A DNA stretch of 49,442 nt, taken from a virus (taxonomy: Duplodnaviria; Heunggongvirae; Uroviricota; Caudoviricetes). A program made the position numbers and the translations under genes. How positions within the stretch are numbered: position 1 is the first letter of the stretch; the number at the start of each line of letters is the position of its first letter. Below the pieces are notes generated by a model. That model was not told where the DNA came from. It worked only from the letters and a program-made list of their open reading frames with translations, and did not search any database. Where the stretch lies: IMG/VR virus record IMGVR_UViG_2537561691_000009; one strand, 5' to 3'. Below are positions 17,501 to 26,641 of the stretch, piece after piece.

Positions 17501-17745
17501 TTAGTTTCCTTGTTTATGCCTTGCTGGTGATGTTCTGAAAAGTATAAATGATATTTTTGATTGTAAACCATAGAGCAGAATTATTTTTCTGATGTTGTTT
17601 ATTGTTTATTTAAATGCAGGGTGGTTTATATCTCGTCTTGTAGTTTATCCATGCATATCTGCTTGATGATGAGGTTTTTATTTAAGGTATGGTTTTGTGT
17701 TTTTTCTGTATTACATGTCAGGTATTTTAAAGAATCATTTTTCAG

Positions 17746-19614
17746 ATGGTGGAAAGAACCATGGCATTTAAACACTATGATGTTGTCAGGGCGGCGTCGC
17801 CGTCAGATCTTGCGGAAAAGCTGACACATAAACTGAAAGAGGGCTGGCAGCCGTTTGGTAGTCCGGTGGCCATAACCCCTTATACCCTGATGCAGGCGAT
17901 TGCAGCAGAAGGTGATGTGGTCGTCAGTGGTGCAACTGAGCCGGAGTGGTACTACGTCATCGTACTGGCCGGGCAATCCAATGCCATGGCTTACGGTGAA
18001 GGGCTTCCGCTTCCGGATTCTTACGATGCGCCCCACCCACGCATTAAGCAACTGGCCCGTCGCAACACAGTGACTCCCGGTGGTAAAGCATGCGCATTTA
18101 ACGACATCATTCCGGCAGACCACTGCCTGCATGATGTTCAGGATATGAGCGCACTGAATCATCCGAAGGCAGACCTGAGCAAAGGGCAGTACGGCTGTGT
18201 CGGCCAGGGCTTACATATTGCCAAAAAACTGCTTCCGTATATCCCGAATAACGCGGGGATCCTGCTGGTACCATGCTGTCGTGGTGGTTCGGCATTCACC
18301 CAGGGCGCGGAGGGGACATTCAGTGCGGACACGGGGGCCAGCCAGGATTCGGCACGCTGGGGTGTGGGTAAACCGTTATATCAGGACCTGATCGCACGCA
18401 CCAAAGCGGCATTACAGAAGAACCCGAAAAATGTGTTGCTGGCGGTGTGCTGGATGCAGGGCGAATTTGACATGAGCGCTGCCACCTACGCACAGCAACC
18501 GGACCTGTTCACGGCCATGCTGAAGCAGTTCCGTACTGACCTTTCCGGATTTAACGCGCAGTGCCATGGCGGCAGTGCTGCAGTTGTACCGTGGATTTGT
18601 GGCGACACGACGTATTACTGGAAAAACACATACGGCACACAGTATGACTCCGTCTACGGCGCATACAAAAACAGGGAGAGCGACAACGTTTTCTTTGTGC
18701 CGTTCATGACCGACGGTAACGGCAACAACACGCCCACCAACTTACCGGCAGAAGACCCGGATATTGCTGATGCAGGTTATTACGGCGCGCAATCCCGTAG
18801 TAATGGTAATTGGGTATCGTCAAACCGCCCGACACATTTCAGTTCATGGGCGCGCAGGAGCATTATTCCGGATCGTATGGCAACCGCTATTCTGAACGCA
18901 GCCGGGCGCACCTCAGCCTTCATCAGTGGTAAGGCACCGGAAATCAAACCCTCGCCCGGCGTCGACACGCCATCGGGGCCGTCTGAAGATGCATCCGTAC
19001 GCACAATCTCCCTGTTGCCGACAGCCGGAGAGGCTGCTGCGCAGGGCTGGACCATTAAGGACGGCGGAATTCAGTTGTCGGGTGGTGTATTTAAGATCAC
19101 CAAGCAGAGCAATAAAACTTGGTCCCTGATGCATCCGGTGGATGACGCAGTCTCCCTGCTGACACGGGGTGGCAGACTGAGCTGTAAGTTTCGACTGTCA
19201 GGCGCACTGACCAACAACCAGTTCGGTCTGGGAATTTATCTGTATACCGATGTAGCGTTACCTGACGTCGTGGCGATGACCGGGACTGGTAACCCGTTCC
19301 TGATGTCGTTCTTCACCCAGACCACAGACGGCAAACTGAATCTGATGCATCACAGGAAAGCAGGAAACACAAAGTTGGGCGAGTTCGGGAATTACAGTAA
19401 CGACTGGCAGACGCTGGAGCTGGTGTTCACCGCCGGCAGTGCCACGGTTACTCCGAAACTGAATGGAGTGGCTGGCCCGGCATTCCAGGTCATAAAAGAC
19501 AGTCTGACACTGGGGCTGAATGCGCTGACGCTGACGGATATTACCAAAAATGCAGCGTATGGCGTTGAGATAGAAAGTCTGGTGCTGGAGATAAATGCAC
19601 CAGCATCATCATAA
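17746..19614 (+). CDS. nanS-p: Prophage sialate O-acetylesterase-like protein (NanS-p-like; SGNH/DUF303-type with GQSN motif)
   Basis: 622-aa ORF with GQSNA esterase motif; same position downstream of the tRNA genes as nanS-p in Stx-type lambdoid phages. Confidence 0.75.
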   Translation: MVERTMAFKHYDVVRAASPSDLAEKLTHKLKEGWQPFGSPVAITPYTLMQAIAAEGDVVVSGATEPEWYYVIVLAGQSNAMAYGEGLPLPDSYDAPHPRIKQLARRNTVTPGGKACAFNDIIPADHCLHDVQDMSALNHPKADLSKGQYGCVGQGLHIAKKLLPYIPNNAGILLVPCCRGGSAFTQGAEGTFSADTGASQDSARWGVGKPLYQDLIARTKAALQKNPKNVLLAVCWMQGEFDMSAATYAQQPDLFTAMLKQFRTDLSGFNAQCHGGSAAVVPWICGDTTYYWKNTYGTQYDSVYGAYKNRESDNVFFVPFMTDGNGNNTPTNLPAEDPDIADAGYYGAQSRSNGNWVSSNRPTHFSSWARRSIIPDRMATAILNAAGRTSAFISGKAPEIKPSPGVDTPSGPSEDASVRTISLLPTAGEAAAQGWTIKDGGIQLSGGVFKITKQSNKTWSLMHPVDDAVSLLTRGGRLSCKFRLSGALTNNQFGLGIYLYTDVALPDVVAMTGTGNPFLMSFFTQTTDGKLNLMHHRKAGNTKLGEFGNYSNDWQTLELVFTAGSATVTPKLNGVAGPAFQVIKDSLTLGLNALTLTDITKNAAYGVEIESLVLEINAPASS

Positions 19615-19699
19615 AAAGTGAGCCAGTCAAATGGAAGGTATCGTTAAACTCACCGGTAGTGTCAGTGGGTCGTCTGAGATGCCTGCATGAGTTATCAGA

Positions 19700-19729
19700 G
19701 CCATCAGTACTTAACTGGTGGCTTTTTTT
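19700..19729 (+). terminator. Rho-independent terminator-like hairpin after nanS-p (gccatcag-loop-ctggtggc + T7)
   Basis: Stem with one G-U pair followed by ttttttt. Confidence 0.5.
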
Positions 19730-19764
19730 ATTGTTGTCAGCTTCCGGATAACGGGAGACGGGGT

Positions 19765-19980
19765 ATGTACCAGATGGAAAAAATCACAACAGGTGTGTCA
19801 TACACCACGTCAGCGGTGGGAACGGGCTACTGGTTCCTGCAGTTGCTGGACAGGGTTTCCCCGTCTCAGTGGGCGGCAATAGGCGTGCTGGGGAGTCTGC
19901 TGTTTGGGCTGCTGACATATCTGACTAACCTGTATTTCAAAATCAGAGAGGACCGTCGTAAGGCTGCACGGGGAGAGTAA
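19765..19980 (+). CDS. S: Holin (S-like, dual-start MYQMEK motif)
   Basis: 71 aa with two closely spaced Met starts, TM segments, charged C-terminus; SD gggagacgggg; first gene of lysis cassette. Confidence 0.85.
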   Translation: MYQMEKITTGVSYTTSAVGTGYWFLQLLDRVSPSQWAAIGVLGSLLFGLLTYLTNLYFKIREDRRKAARGE

Positions 19981-19984
19981 TTCA

Positions 19985-20329
19985 ATGACTCAAAACTATG
20001 AACTGATTGTGAAAGGGATCCGCAATTTTGAGAATAAAGTTACGGTAACTTTAGCGTTACGGGACAAAAAACGCTTTGACGGTGAAATTTTTGACCTGGA
20101 CATCTCGCTGGACCGTGTTGAAGGTGCCGCGCTGGAGTTTTATGAGGCAGCAGCCAGAAGGAGCATCAGACAGGTCTTCCTGGATGTTGCTGCCGGGTTA
20201 TGTGAAGGGGATGAGCAGTCGCCGGAAAAGCGCCCCGTAATTTTAGAGGCGCAGGATGTGTTGATAACCTACAGAGGAAAACTACCGGGAATAATTACGG
20301 GTTCTCTGAAGAGTCCGCCGAAATGGTAA
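19985..20329 (+). CDS. Hypothetical protein between holin and endolysin
   Basis: 114-aa ORF starting 5 nt after holin stop. Confidence 0.5.
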   Translation: MTQNYELIVKGIRNFENKVTVTLALRDKKRFDGEIFDLDISLDRVEGAALEFYEAAARRSIRQVFLDVAAGLCEGDEQSPEKRPVILEAQDVLITYRGKLPGIITGSLKSPPKW

Positions 20330-20567
20330 TTTTACCAGCATATTTTTCATCCAGTAATACAGCAAGCCGCCTGAAAGAGTCTTGTTGTTCCTGAGACCAT
20401 TTGGGATTGCATGATTCAAACTGGATTGATGCCAGCGTTGATTGCATCTGTTCCCTTGGAATTGAGAATGCCAGATATGAGAAGGCGACGGTAAGGGTAT
20501 TCACGTCTTCCCGAAGCCTGGAAATGCTGTCGAGCAACTCCTGTAGAGAAATGGTGTTATTGTCCAT
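20295..20567 (-). CDS. Hypothetical protein (convergent with preceding ORF)
   Basis: 90-aa ORF; plausible protein-like composition. Confidence 0.4.
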   Translation of the reverse strand: MDNNTISLQELLDSISRLREDVNTLTVAFSYLAFSIPREQMQSTLASIQFESCNPKWSQEQQDSFRRLAVLLDEKYAGKITISADSSENP

Positions 20568-20672
20568 AAATAATCCTCATGATTGTATTTACCTGTTAGC
20601 AGCCTGAGGCAACAGGCTGGAACTGATAAACATATCCAGGGCTCAGAAACCGATAAATCCTGATAAATATCC

Positions 20673-21206
20673 ATGAACGCAAAAATCAGATACGGCCTGT
20701 CGGCTGCCGTTCTGGCGCTGATTGCCGCTGGTGCGCCTGCGCCTGACATTCTCGACCAGTTTCTGGATGAAAAGGAAGGTAACCACACCACGGCATACCG
20801 TGATGGCGCGGGTATCTGGACCATCTGCCGCGGTGCCATCCTGGTGGATGGCAAACCTGTCGTTCCGGGCATGAAGTTGTCGAAGGAAAAATGCGACCGG
20901 GTTAACGCCATTGAGCGTGATAAGGCGCTGGCATGGGTGGAGAAAAACATCAAAGTGCCATTGAGCGAACCCCAGAAAGCGGGGATCGCGTCATTCTGTC
21001 CGTACAACATTGGTCCCGGTAAGTGTTTCCCGTCGACGTTTTATAAACGAATTAATGCAGGTGATCGCAGGGGAGCGTGTGAGGCGATTCGCTGGTGGAT
21101 TAAGGACGGTGGCAGAGACTGCCGTATTCGTTCAAACAACTGCTACGGTCAGGTATCCCGTCGTGACCAGGAGAGCGCGCTGGCGTGCTGGGGTATCGAC
21201 AGATAA
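20673..21206 (+). CDS. R: SAR endolysin (T4-lysozyme-like muramidase with N-terminal signal-anchor-release domain)
   Basis: 177 aa; hydrophobic Gly/Ala-rich N-terminal segment then lysozyme-like core; position after holin. Confidence 0.88.
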   Translation: MNAKIRYGLSAAVLALIAAGAPAPDILDQFLDEKEGNHTTAYRDGAGIWTICRGAILVDGKPVVPGMKLSKEKCDRVNAIERDKALAWVEKNIKVPLSEPQKAGIASFCPYNIGPGKCFPSTFYKRINAGDRRGACEAIRWWIKDGGRDCRIRSNNCYGQVSRRDQESALACWGIDR

Positions 21207-21295
21207 GCAGAATATTTTGCTGAAAAATGCGGTTTGCTTACACGGACGGATAACACGAAATCCTGCGAACTGACAAAAACTAAGTGAATAAAAGT

Positions 21296-21329
21296 AAAAA
21301 CCCCGTTTGTTGGCTGCAAGCGGGGTTTT
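21296..21329. terminator. Bidirectional terminator-like hairpin between R and Rz (aaaaaccccg...cggggtttt)
   Basis: Inverted repeat flanked by A-run and T-run. Confidence 0.4.
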
Positions 21330-21404
21330 GTGTTTCCTGACTCTGGAAAAGTCAAAGGAGAAAGTGTGTTTGATTTTAGCAAACTGATTCGGGAGATTCG
21401 AGTG

Positions 21405-21503
21405 ATGGCTGAAAAATTATCCACCTGGAAGTTCATTCTTATCTGGCTGGTGTTTGTGATTATGGCCTCCGGTTATTTCATCGGTCAGATACGCTGGTGG
21501 TGA
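21405..21503 (+). CDS. Possible small membrane peptide, 32 aa, immediately upstream of Rz
   Basis: MAEKLSTWKFILIWLVFVIMASGYFIGQIRWW; stop 1 nt before Rz start; hand-translated. Confidence 0.3.
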   Translation: MAEKLSTWKFILIWLVFVIMASGYFIGQIRWW

Positions 21504-21504
21504 A

Positions 21505-21972
21505 ATGAACCGCGTACTGTGCGTGGTCATCATTGCCCTGCTGGTGGCCTGTGGTGCGCTTAGTCTGGGGCTGAATCATTACCGTGATAACGCCATAACC
21601 TACAAAGAGCAGCGCGATAAAAAAGTCAGTGAGCTGGAGCAGGCAAATGCAACCATTACTGATATGCAGCAGCGCCAGCGTGATGTTGCTGCACTTGATG
21701 CCAGATACTCGAGGGAATTAGCCGATGCGAGAGCTGAAAATGAAACTCTGCGCGCTGACGTTGCCGCTGGTCGTAAGCGCCTGCGGATCAACGCCACCTG
21801 CCCCGGTACCGTGCGTGAAGCCCCCACCACCTCCGGCGTGGATAATGCAACCGGCCCCCGACTGGCAGACACCGCTGAACGGGATTATTTCACTCTCAGA
21901 GAGCGGTTGATGCTGATGCAGAAGCAGCTGGAAGTGGCGCAGGAATATATCCGCACTCAGTGCCTGAAATAA
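21505..21972 (+). CDS. Rz: Spanin inner-membrane subunit Rz
   Basis: 155 aa; N-terminal TM then coiled-coil; follows endolysin. Confidence 0.85.
   Translation: MNRVLCVVIIALLVACGALSLGLNHYRDNAITYKEQRDKKVSELEQANATITDMQQRQRDVAALDARYSRELADARAENETLRADVAAGRKRLRINATCPGTVREAPTTSGVDNATGPRLADTAERDYFTLRERLMLMQKQLEVAQEYIRTQCLK
21740..21910 (+). CDS. Rz1: Spanin outer-membrane lipoprotein Rz1 (embedded in Rz, +1 frame)
   Basis: MKLCALTLPLVVSAC lipobox then Pro-rich sequence; fully nested inside Rz. Confidence 0.8.
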   Translation: MKLCALTLPLVVSACGSTPPAPVPCVKPPPPPAWIMQPAPDWQTPLNGIISLSESG

Positions 21973-22225
21973 GTTTTGCTGATGCGCGGTATTGTCGCCG
22001 TATCCCCGCATTAACAGAGACCGCAGCCCGACCGGGAGACTCCTCTGCGCGAGTGTGCGGGGATAATCAAAAACGATACACACCGGGGTTTACCGCGTTA
22101 ACGGAGCGCGGCGTTGTCCCCTCATAGTCGCCTGTCCGGTGCGATGGTGGAAGAAACTGGACTACATTGAAAATGATAACCATTATCATTTTTGCGGGTC
22201 CTTTCCGGCGATCCGGGCCGTTACG

Positions 22226-22237
22226 GGGCGGCGACCT
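22226..22237. other. cos: cosN cohesive-end site (gggcggcgacct) within lambda-type cos region (about 22180..22400)
   Basis: Matches the lambda cosN 12-nt sequence as I recall it and lies about 188 bp upstream of the Nu1 start, as in lambda. Confidence 0.8.
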
Positions 22238-22413
22238 CGCGGTTTTTCACTATTTATGAAAATTTTTCAGGGAAAATCGTGTCGGTACTTCTCGAATATA
22301 ACTTTTTGTTTTTTTTTATATTGCATCCGTAAAGGTCCGACATGAAAGTGTCCGAAAATGCCTTTTTCTGGCGTTTTCATGTCGGGCCTTGTATTTGATA
22401 ATGGGTTGTTTTC

Positions 22414-22962
22414 ATGAAGGTTAATAAAAAGAGGCTTGCCGAAATTTTCAACGTGGACCCGCGGACGATTGAACGCTGGCAGTCTCAGGGACTCCCTTGC
22501 GCCTCCAAAGGTAGTAAGGGCATTGAATCTGTATTTGATACTGCCATGGCAATTCAGTGGTATGCGCAGAGGGAAACTGATATCGAAAACGAAAAGCTCC
22601 GCAAAGAACTGGACGATTTGCGTGCGGCAGCGGAGTCAGATTTACAACCCGGCACCATTGACTATGAACGCTACCGGCTCACAAAAGCGCAGGCAGATGC
22701 GCAGGAACTGAAAAATGCCCGTGAAGACGGAGTAGTGCTGGAAACTGAACTGTTTACCTTCATTCTGCAACGTGTGGCACAGGAGATTTCGGGGATACTT
22801 GTGCGTGTGCCGTTGACATTACAGCGTAAATATCCGGACATTTCACCATCACACCTTGATGTGGTGAAAACTGAAATCGCGAAAGCCTCCAATGTTTCAG
22901 CTAAGGCCGGTGAAAACGTGGGCGGGTGGATCGATGATTTCAGACGCGCAGAAGGCAGCTAA
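22414..22962 (+). CDS. nu1: Terminase small subunit Nu1
   Basis: 182 aa; lambda Nu1-like N-terminus ([12 protein letters not shown]...[10 protein letters not shown]). Confidence 0.93.
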   Translation: MKVNKKRLAEIFNVDPRTIERWQSQGLPCASKGSKGIESVFDTAMAIQWYAQRETDIENEKLRKELDDLRAAAESDLQPGTIDYERYRLTKAQADAQELKNAREDGVVLETELFTFILQRVAQEISGILVRVPLTLQRKYPDISPSHLDVVKTEIAKASNVSAKAGENVGGWIDDFRRAEGS

Positions 22963-24862
22963 TGCAGCCGGTGCGATAGCAACAGGGCTTTTATCTCTCA
23001 TTATTCCTGTTCCACTGACGACAGTTCAGTGGGCCAATAAACATTATTACCTTCCTAAAGAGTCGTCTTATACCCCGGGGCGGTGGGAAACACTGCCGTT
23101 TCAGGTTGGCATCATGAACTGTATGGGCAACGATTTGATTCGCACTGTTAACCTGATTAAATCTGCCCGTGTTGGTTATACAAAGATGTTGCTGGGAGTG
23201 GAGGCTTATTTTATTGAGCATAAATCACGCAACAGCCTTCTTTTTCAGCCCACGGACTCAGCTGCTGAAGATTTTATGAAATCTCATGTTGAGCCAACGA
23301 TAAGGGAGGTTCCTGCGTTGCTGGAGCTGGCTCCATGGTTCGGAAGAAAACACCGCGATAATACGCTCACCCTGAAGCGTTTTTCCTCCGGTGTGGGTTT
23401 CTGGTGTCTGGGGGGAGCGGCAGCAAAAAACTACCGTGAAAAATCCGTGGATGTGGTCTGTTATGACGAGCTTTCCTCGTTCGAACCGGATGTTGAAAAA
23501 GAGGGTTCGCCAACCCTGCTGGGGGATAAACGTATTGAGGGCTCTGTATGGCCCAAATCCATTCGCGGCTCGACTCCTAAAATCAAAGGCTCCTGCCAGA
23601 TCGAAAAAGCCGCTAACGAGTCGGCACACTTCATGCGTTTTTATGTGCCCTGTCCGCACTGTGGGGAGGAGCAGTATCTGAAATTTGGCGATGAGTCCAC
23701 GCCTTTTGGGCTTAAATGGGAGAAGGACAGCCCCGAAAGCGTTTTCTACCTCTGTGAGCATCATGGCTGCGTGATCCATCAGTCTGAACTGGACCAGAGT
23801 AACGGGCGGTGGATCTGTGAAAACACGGGCATGTGGACCCGTGACGGCCTGACGTTTTTCAGCGCTGCGGGTAATGAAATTCCGCCGCCGCGCTCCATCA
23901 CTTTCCATATCTGGACGGCGTACAGTCCGTTCACCACCTGGGTACAGATTGTCTATGACTGGCTGGATGCACTGAAAGATCCCAACGGCCTGAAAACCTT
24001 TGTGAACACCACGCTGGGCGAGACCTGGGAAGAGGCTGTGGGCGAAAAAATCGATCACCAGGTACTGATGGATAAGGTTGTGCGTTACACGGCGGCGGTG
24101 CCTGCCCGGGTGGTTTATCTGACGGCGGGCATTGACTCGCAGCGAAACCGTTTTGAGATGTATGTCTGGGGATGGGCTCCGGGAGAGGAAGCCTTTCTGG
24201 TGGATAAAATCATCATTATGGGGCGTCCCGATGAGGAAGAGACGCTGTTACGTGTGGATGCGGCGATCAACAAAAAATACCGCCATGCAGACGGAACCGA
24301 AATGACTATTTCCCGTGTCTGCTGGGACATCGGGGGGATCGATGGCGAAATCGTTTATCAGAGGTCAAAAAAACACGGTGTTTTCCGGGTGCTGCCGGTA
24401 AAAGGCGCATCTGTCTATGGCAAGCCGGTGATCACCATGCCAAAAACCCGCAATCAGCGGGGCGTGTATCTGTGTGAAGTGGGGACGGACACCGCAAAAG
24501 AAATTCTCTATGCCCGTATGAAAGCCGATCCCACGCCTGTGGATGAAGCCACGTCGTATGCCATCCGTTTTCCTGATGATCCGGAGATTTTTTCGCAGAC
24601 AGAGGCGCAGCAACTGGTCGCGGAAGAGCTTGTGGAGAAGTGGGAAAAAGGAAAGATGCGTCTGCTGTGGGATAACAAAAAGCGGCGTAACGAAGCGCTG
24701 GACTGCCTGGTGTATGCCTACGCGGCATTACGTGTGTCCGTGCAACGCTGGCAGCTTGATCTGGCTGTACTGGCAAAATCCCGGGAAGAAGAGACGACCC
24801 GGCCAACCCTTAAAGAACTGGCAGCGAAGCTGTCCGGAGGAGTGAATGGTTACAGTCGCTGA
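22934..24862 (+). CDS. A: Terminase large subunit A
   Basis: 642 aa from MISDAQ start; lambda gpA-like throughout including [14 protein letters not shown]. Confidence 0.93.
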   Translation: MISDAQKAANAAGAIATGLLSLIIPVPLTTVQWANKHYYLPKESSYTPGRWETLPFQVGIMNCMGNDLIRTVNLIKSARVGYTKMLLGVEAYFIEHKSRNSLLFQPTDSAAEDFMKSHVEPTIREVPALLELAPWFGRKHRDNTLTLKRFSSGVGFWCLGGAAAKNYREKSVDVVCYDELSSFEPDVEKEGSPTLLGDKRIEGSVWPKSIRGSTPKIKGSCQIEKAANESAHFMRFYVPCPHCGEEQYLKFGDESTPFGLKWEKDSPESVFYLCEHHGCVIHQSELDQSNGRWICENTGMWTRDGLTFFSAAGNEIPPPRSITFHIWTAYSPFTTWVQIVYDWLDALKDPNGLKTFVNTTLGETWEEAVGEKIDHQVLMDKVVRYTAAVPARVVYLTAGIDSQRNRFEMYVWGWAPGEEAFLVDKIIIMGRPDEEETLLRVDAAINKKYRHADGTEMTISRVCWDIGGIDGEIVYQRSKKHGVFRVLPVKGASVYGKPVITMPKTRNQRGVYLCEVGTDTAKEILYARMKADPTPVDEATSYAIRFPDDPEIFSQTEAQQLVAEELVEKWEKGKMRLLWDNKKRRNEALDCLVYAYAALRVSVQRWQLDLAVLAKSREEETTRPTLKELAAKLSGGVNGYSR

Positions 24863-25052
24863 ACTGCAGGCGCTGCGTCAGGCGCGCCTTGATTTATTAA
24901 CCGGTAAACGGGTGGTGTCTGTCCAGAAAGATGGTCGCAGAATTGAATATACGGCGGCTTCTCTGGATGAGCTTAACCGGGCGATCAATGATGCGGAGTC
25001 GGTACTGGGGACAACCCGGCGTCGCCGTCGTCCGCTGGGAGTGAGGTTATGA
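24846..25052 (+). CDS. W: Head-tail joining protein W
   Basis: 68 aa, lambda gpW-like; conserved order. Confidence 0.85.
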   Translation: MVTVAELQALRQARLDLLTGKRVVSVQKDGRRIEYTAASLDELNRAINDAESVLGTTRRRRRPLGVRL

Positions 25053-26641
25053 AACGAACGCCTGTCCTGATTGATGTGAACGGCGTTCCGCTTCGTGAGA
25101 GTCTCAGCTACAACGGGGGCGGTGCAGGATTTGGCGGGCAAATGGCTGAGTGGTTGCCACCGGCGCAGAGTGCCGATGCGGCCCTGCTACCCGCGTTGCG
25201 TCTGGGGAATGCCCGGGCAGATGATCTGGTGCGCAATAACGGAATAGCGGCTAATGCGGTGGCTCTGCATAAGGATCACATTGTCGGGCATATGTTTCTG
25301 ATCAGCTACCGTCCGAACTGGCGCTGGCTGGGGATGCGGGAGACCGCAGCAAAAAGCTTTGTCGATGAGGTGGAGGCGGCCTGGTCGGAATACGCCGAAG
25401 GGATGTTTGGCGAGATCGACGTGGAAGGAAAACGCACGTTCACGGAATTTATCCGTGAAGGTGTGGGCGTTCATGCGTTTAACGGCGAAATCTTTGTGCA
25501 GCCGGTCTGGGATACGGAAACCACGCAGTTATTCCGTACGCGTTTTAAAGCCGTGAGTCCGAAACGGGTGGACACGCCTGGACACGGTATGGGGAACCGT
25601 TTTCTGCGGGCCGGTGTGGAGGTCGATCGATATGGCCGTGCCGTCGCGTACCATATTTGTGAGGACGATTTTCCGTTCTCTGGTAGTGGACGATGGGAAC
25701 GGATCCCGCGTGAACTTCCCACCGGGCGTCCGGCCATGCTGCATATTTTCGAGCCGGTGGAGGACGGGCAGACCCGTGGGGCTAATCAGTTTTACAGCGT
25801 CATGGAACGGCTGAAGATGCTCGATTACCTGCAGGCAACACAGCTTCAGTCGGCCATAGTGAAGGCGATGTATGCAGCGACGATTGAAAGTGAACTTGAT
25901 ACCGAAAAGGCCTTTGAATATATCGCCGGTGCGCCGCAGGGGCAGAAGGATAATCCGCTTATTAATATTCTGGATAAGTTCTCCACCTGGTATGACACGA
26001 ATAGCGTGACGCTGGGCGGTGTCAAAATTCCGCACCTTTTCCCCGGTGATGATCTGAAACTTCAGACCGCGCAGGATTCAGACAATGGATTTTCGGCGCT
26101 TGAACAGGCGCTGCTGCGGTATATCGCCGCCGGTCTTGGCGTTTCCTACGAACAGTTGTCCCGTGATTACTCGAAGGTCAGTTATTCAAGTGCCCGCGCA
26201 TCCGCCAATGAGTCGTGGCGCTATTTTATGGGGCGGCGAAAATTTATTGCGTCCCGGCTGGCCACGCAGATGTTTTCCTGCTGGCTGGAAGAGGCACTTC
26301 TTCGGGGGATTATTCGTCCGCCACGGGCACGTTTTGATTTTTATCAGGCGCGATCAGCCTGGTCACGGGCTGAGTGGATTGGAGCCGGAAGAATGGCCAT
26401 TGACGGGCTCAAGGAGGTTCAGGAATCAGTGATGCGCATTGAGGCCGGACTGAGCACGTATGAGAAAGAGCTGGCGCTGATGGGCGAGGATTATCAGGAC
26501 ATTTTCCGCCAGCAGGTCAGGGAATCTGCAGAGCGGGAAAAAGTCGGACTCTCACGTCCGGTGTGGATAGCGCAGGCGTATCAGCAGCAGATAGCGGAGA
26601 GTCGCAGGCCGGAAGAGGAGACAACACCACGTGAGACGTAA
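25049..26641 (+). CDS. B: Portal protein B
   Basis: 530 aa, lambda gpB-like size and position. Confidence 0.9.
   Translation: MKRTPVLIDVNGVPLRESLSYNGGGAGFGGQMAEWLPPAQSADAALLPALRLGNARADDLVRNNGIAANAVALHKDHIVGHMFLISYRPNWRWLGMRETAAKSFVDEVEAAWSEYAEGMFGEIDVEGKRTFTEFIREGVGVHAFNGEIFVQPVWDTETTQLFRTRFKAVSPKRVDTPGHGMGNRFLRAGVEVDRYGRAVAYHICEDDFPFSGSGRWERIPRELPTGRPAMLHIFEPVEDGQTRGANQFYSVMERLKMLDYLQATQLQSAIVKAMYAATIESELDTEKAFEYIAGAPQGQKDNPLINILDKFSTWYDTNSVTLGGVKIPHLFPGDDLKLQTAQDSDNGFSALEQALLRYIAAGLGVSYEQLSRDYSKVSYSSARASANESWRYFMGRRKFIASRLATQMFSCWLEEALLRGIIRPPRARFDFYQARSAWSRAEWIGAGRMAIDGLKEVQESVMRIEAGLSTYEKELALMGEDYQDIFRQQVRESAEREKVGLSRPVWIAQAYQQQIAESRRPEEETTPRET

Noticed and set aside
16880-17745. Search for Shiga toxin stxA/stxB between the tRNA genes and nanS-p
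   Set aside because: No ORF resembling StxA or StxB on either strand; the slot holds an unrelated minus-strand ORF.
20501-21010. 169-aa minus-strand ORF
   Set aside because: Overlaps the SAR endolysin gene on the opposite strand.
22139-22345. 68-aa ORF
   Set aside because: Overlaps the cos site region upstream of Nu1, where lambda has no gene; no SD.
21973-22413. A bor-like lipoprotein gene between Rz and cos, as in lambda
   Set aside because: No suitable ORF on either strand in this interval.
23258-24058. 266-aa minus-strand ORF
   Set aside because: Entirely inside terminase large subunit A on the opposite strand.
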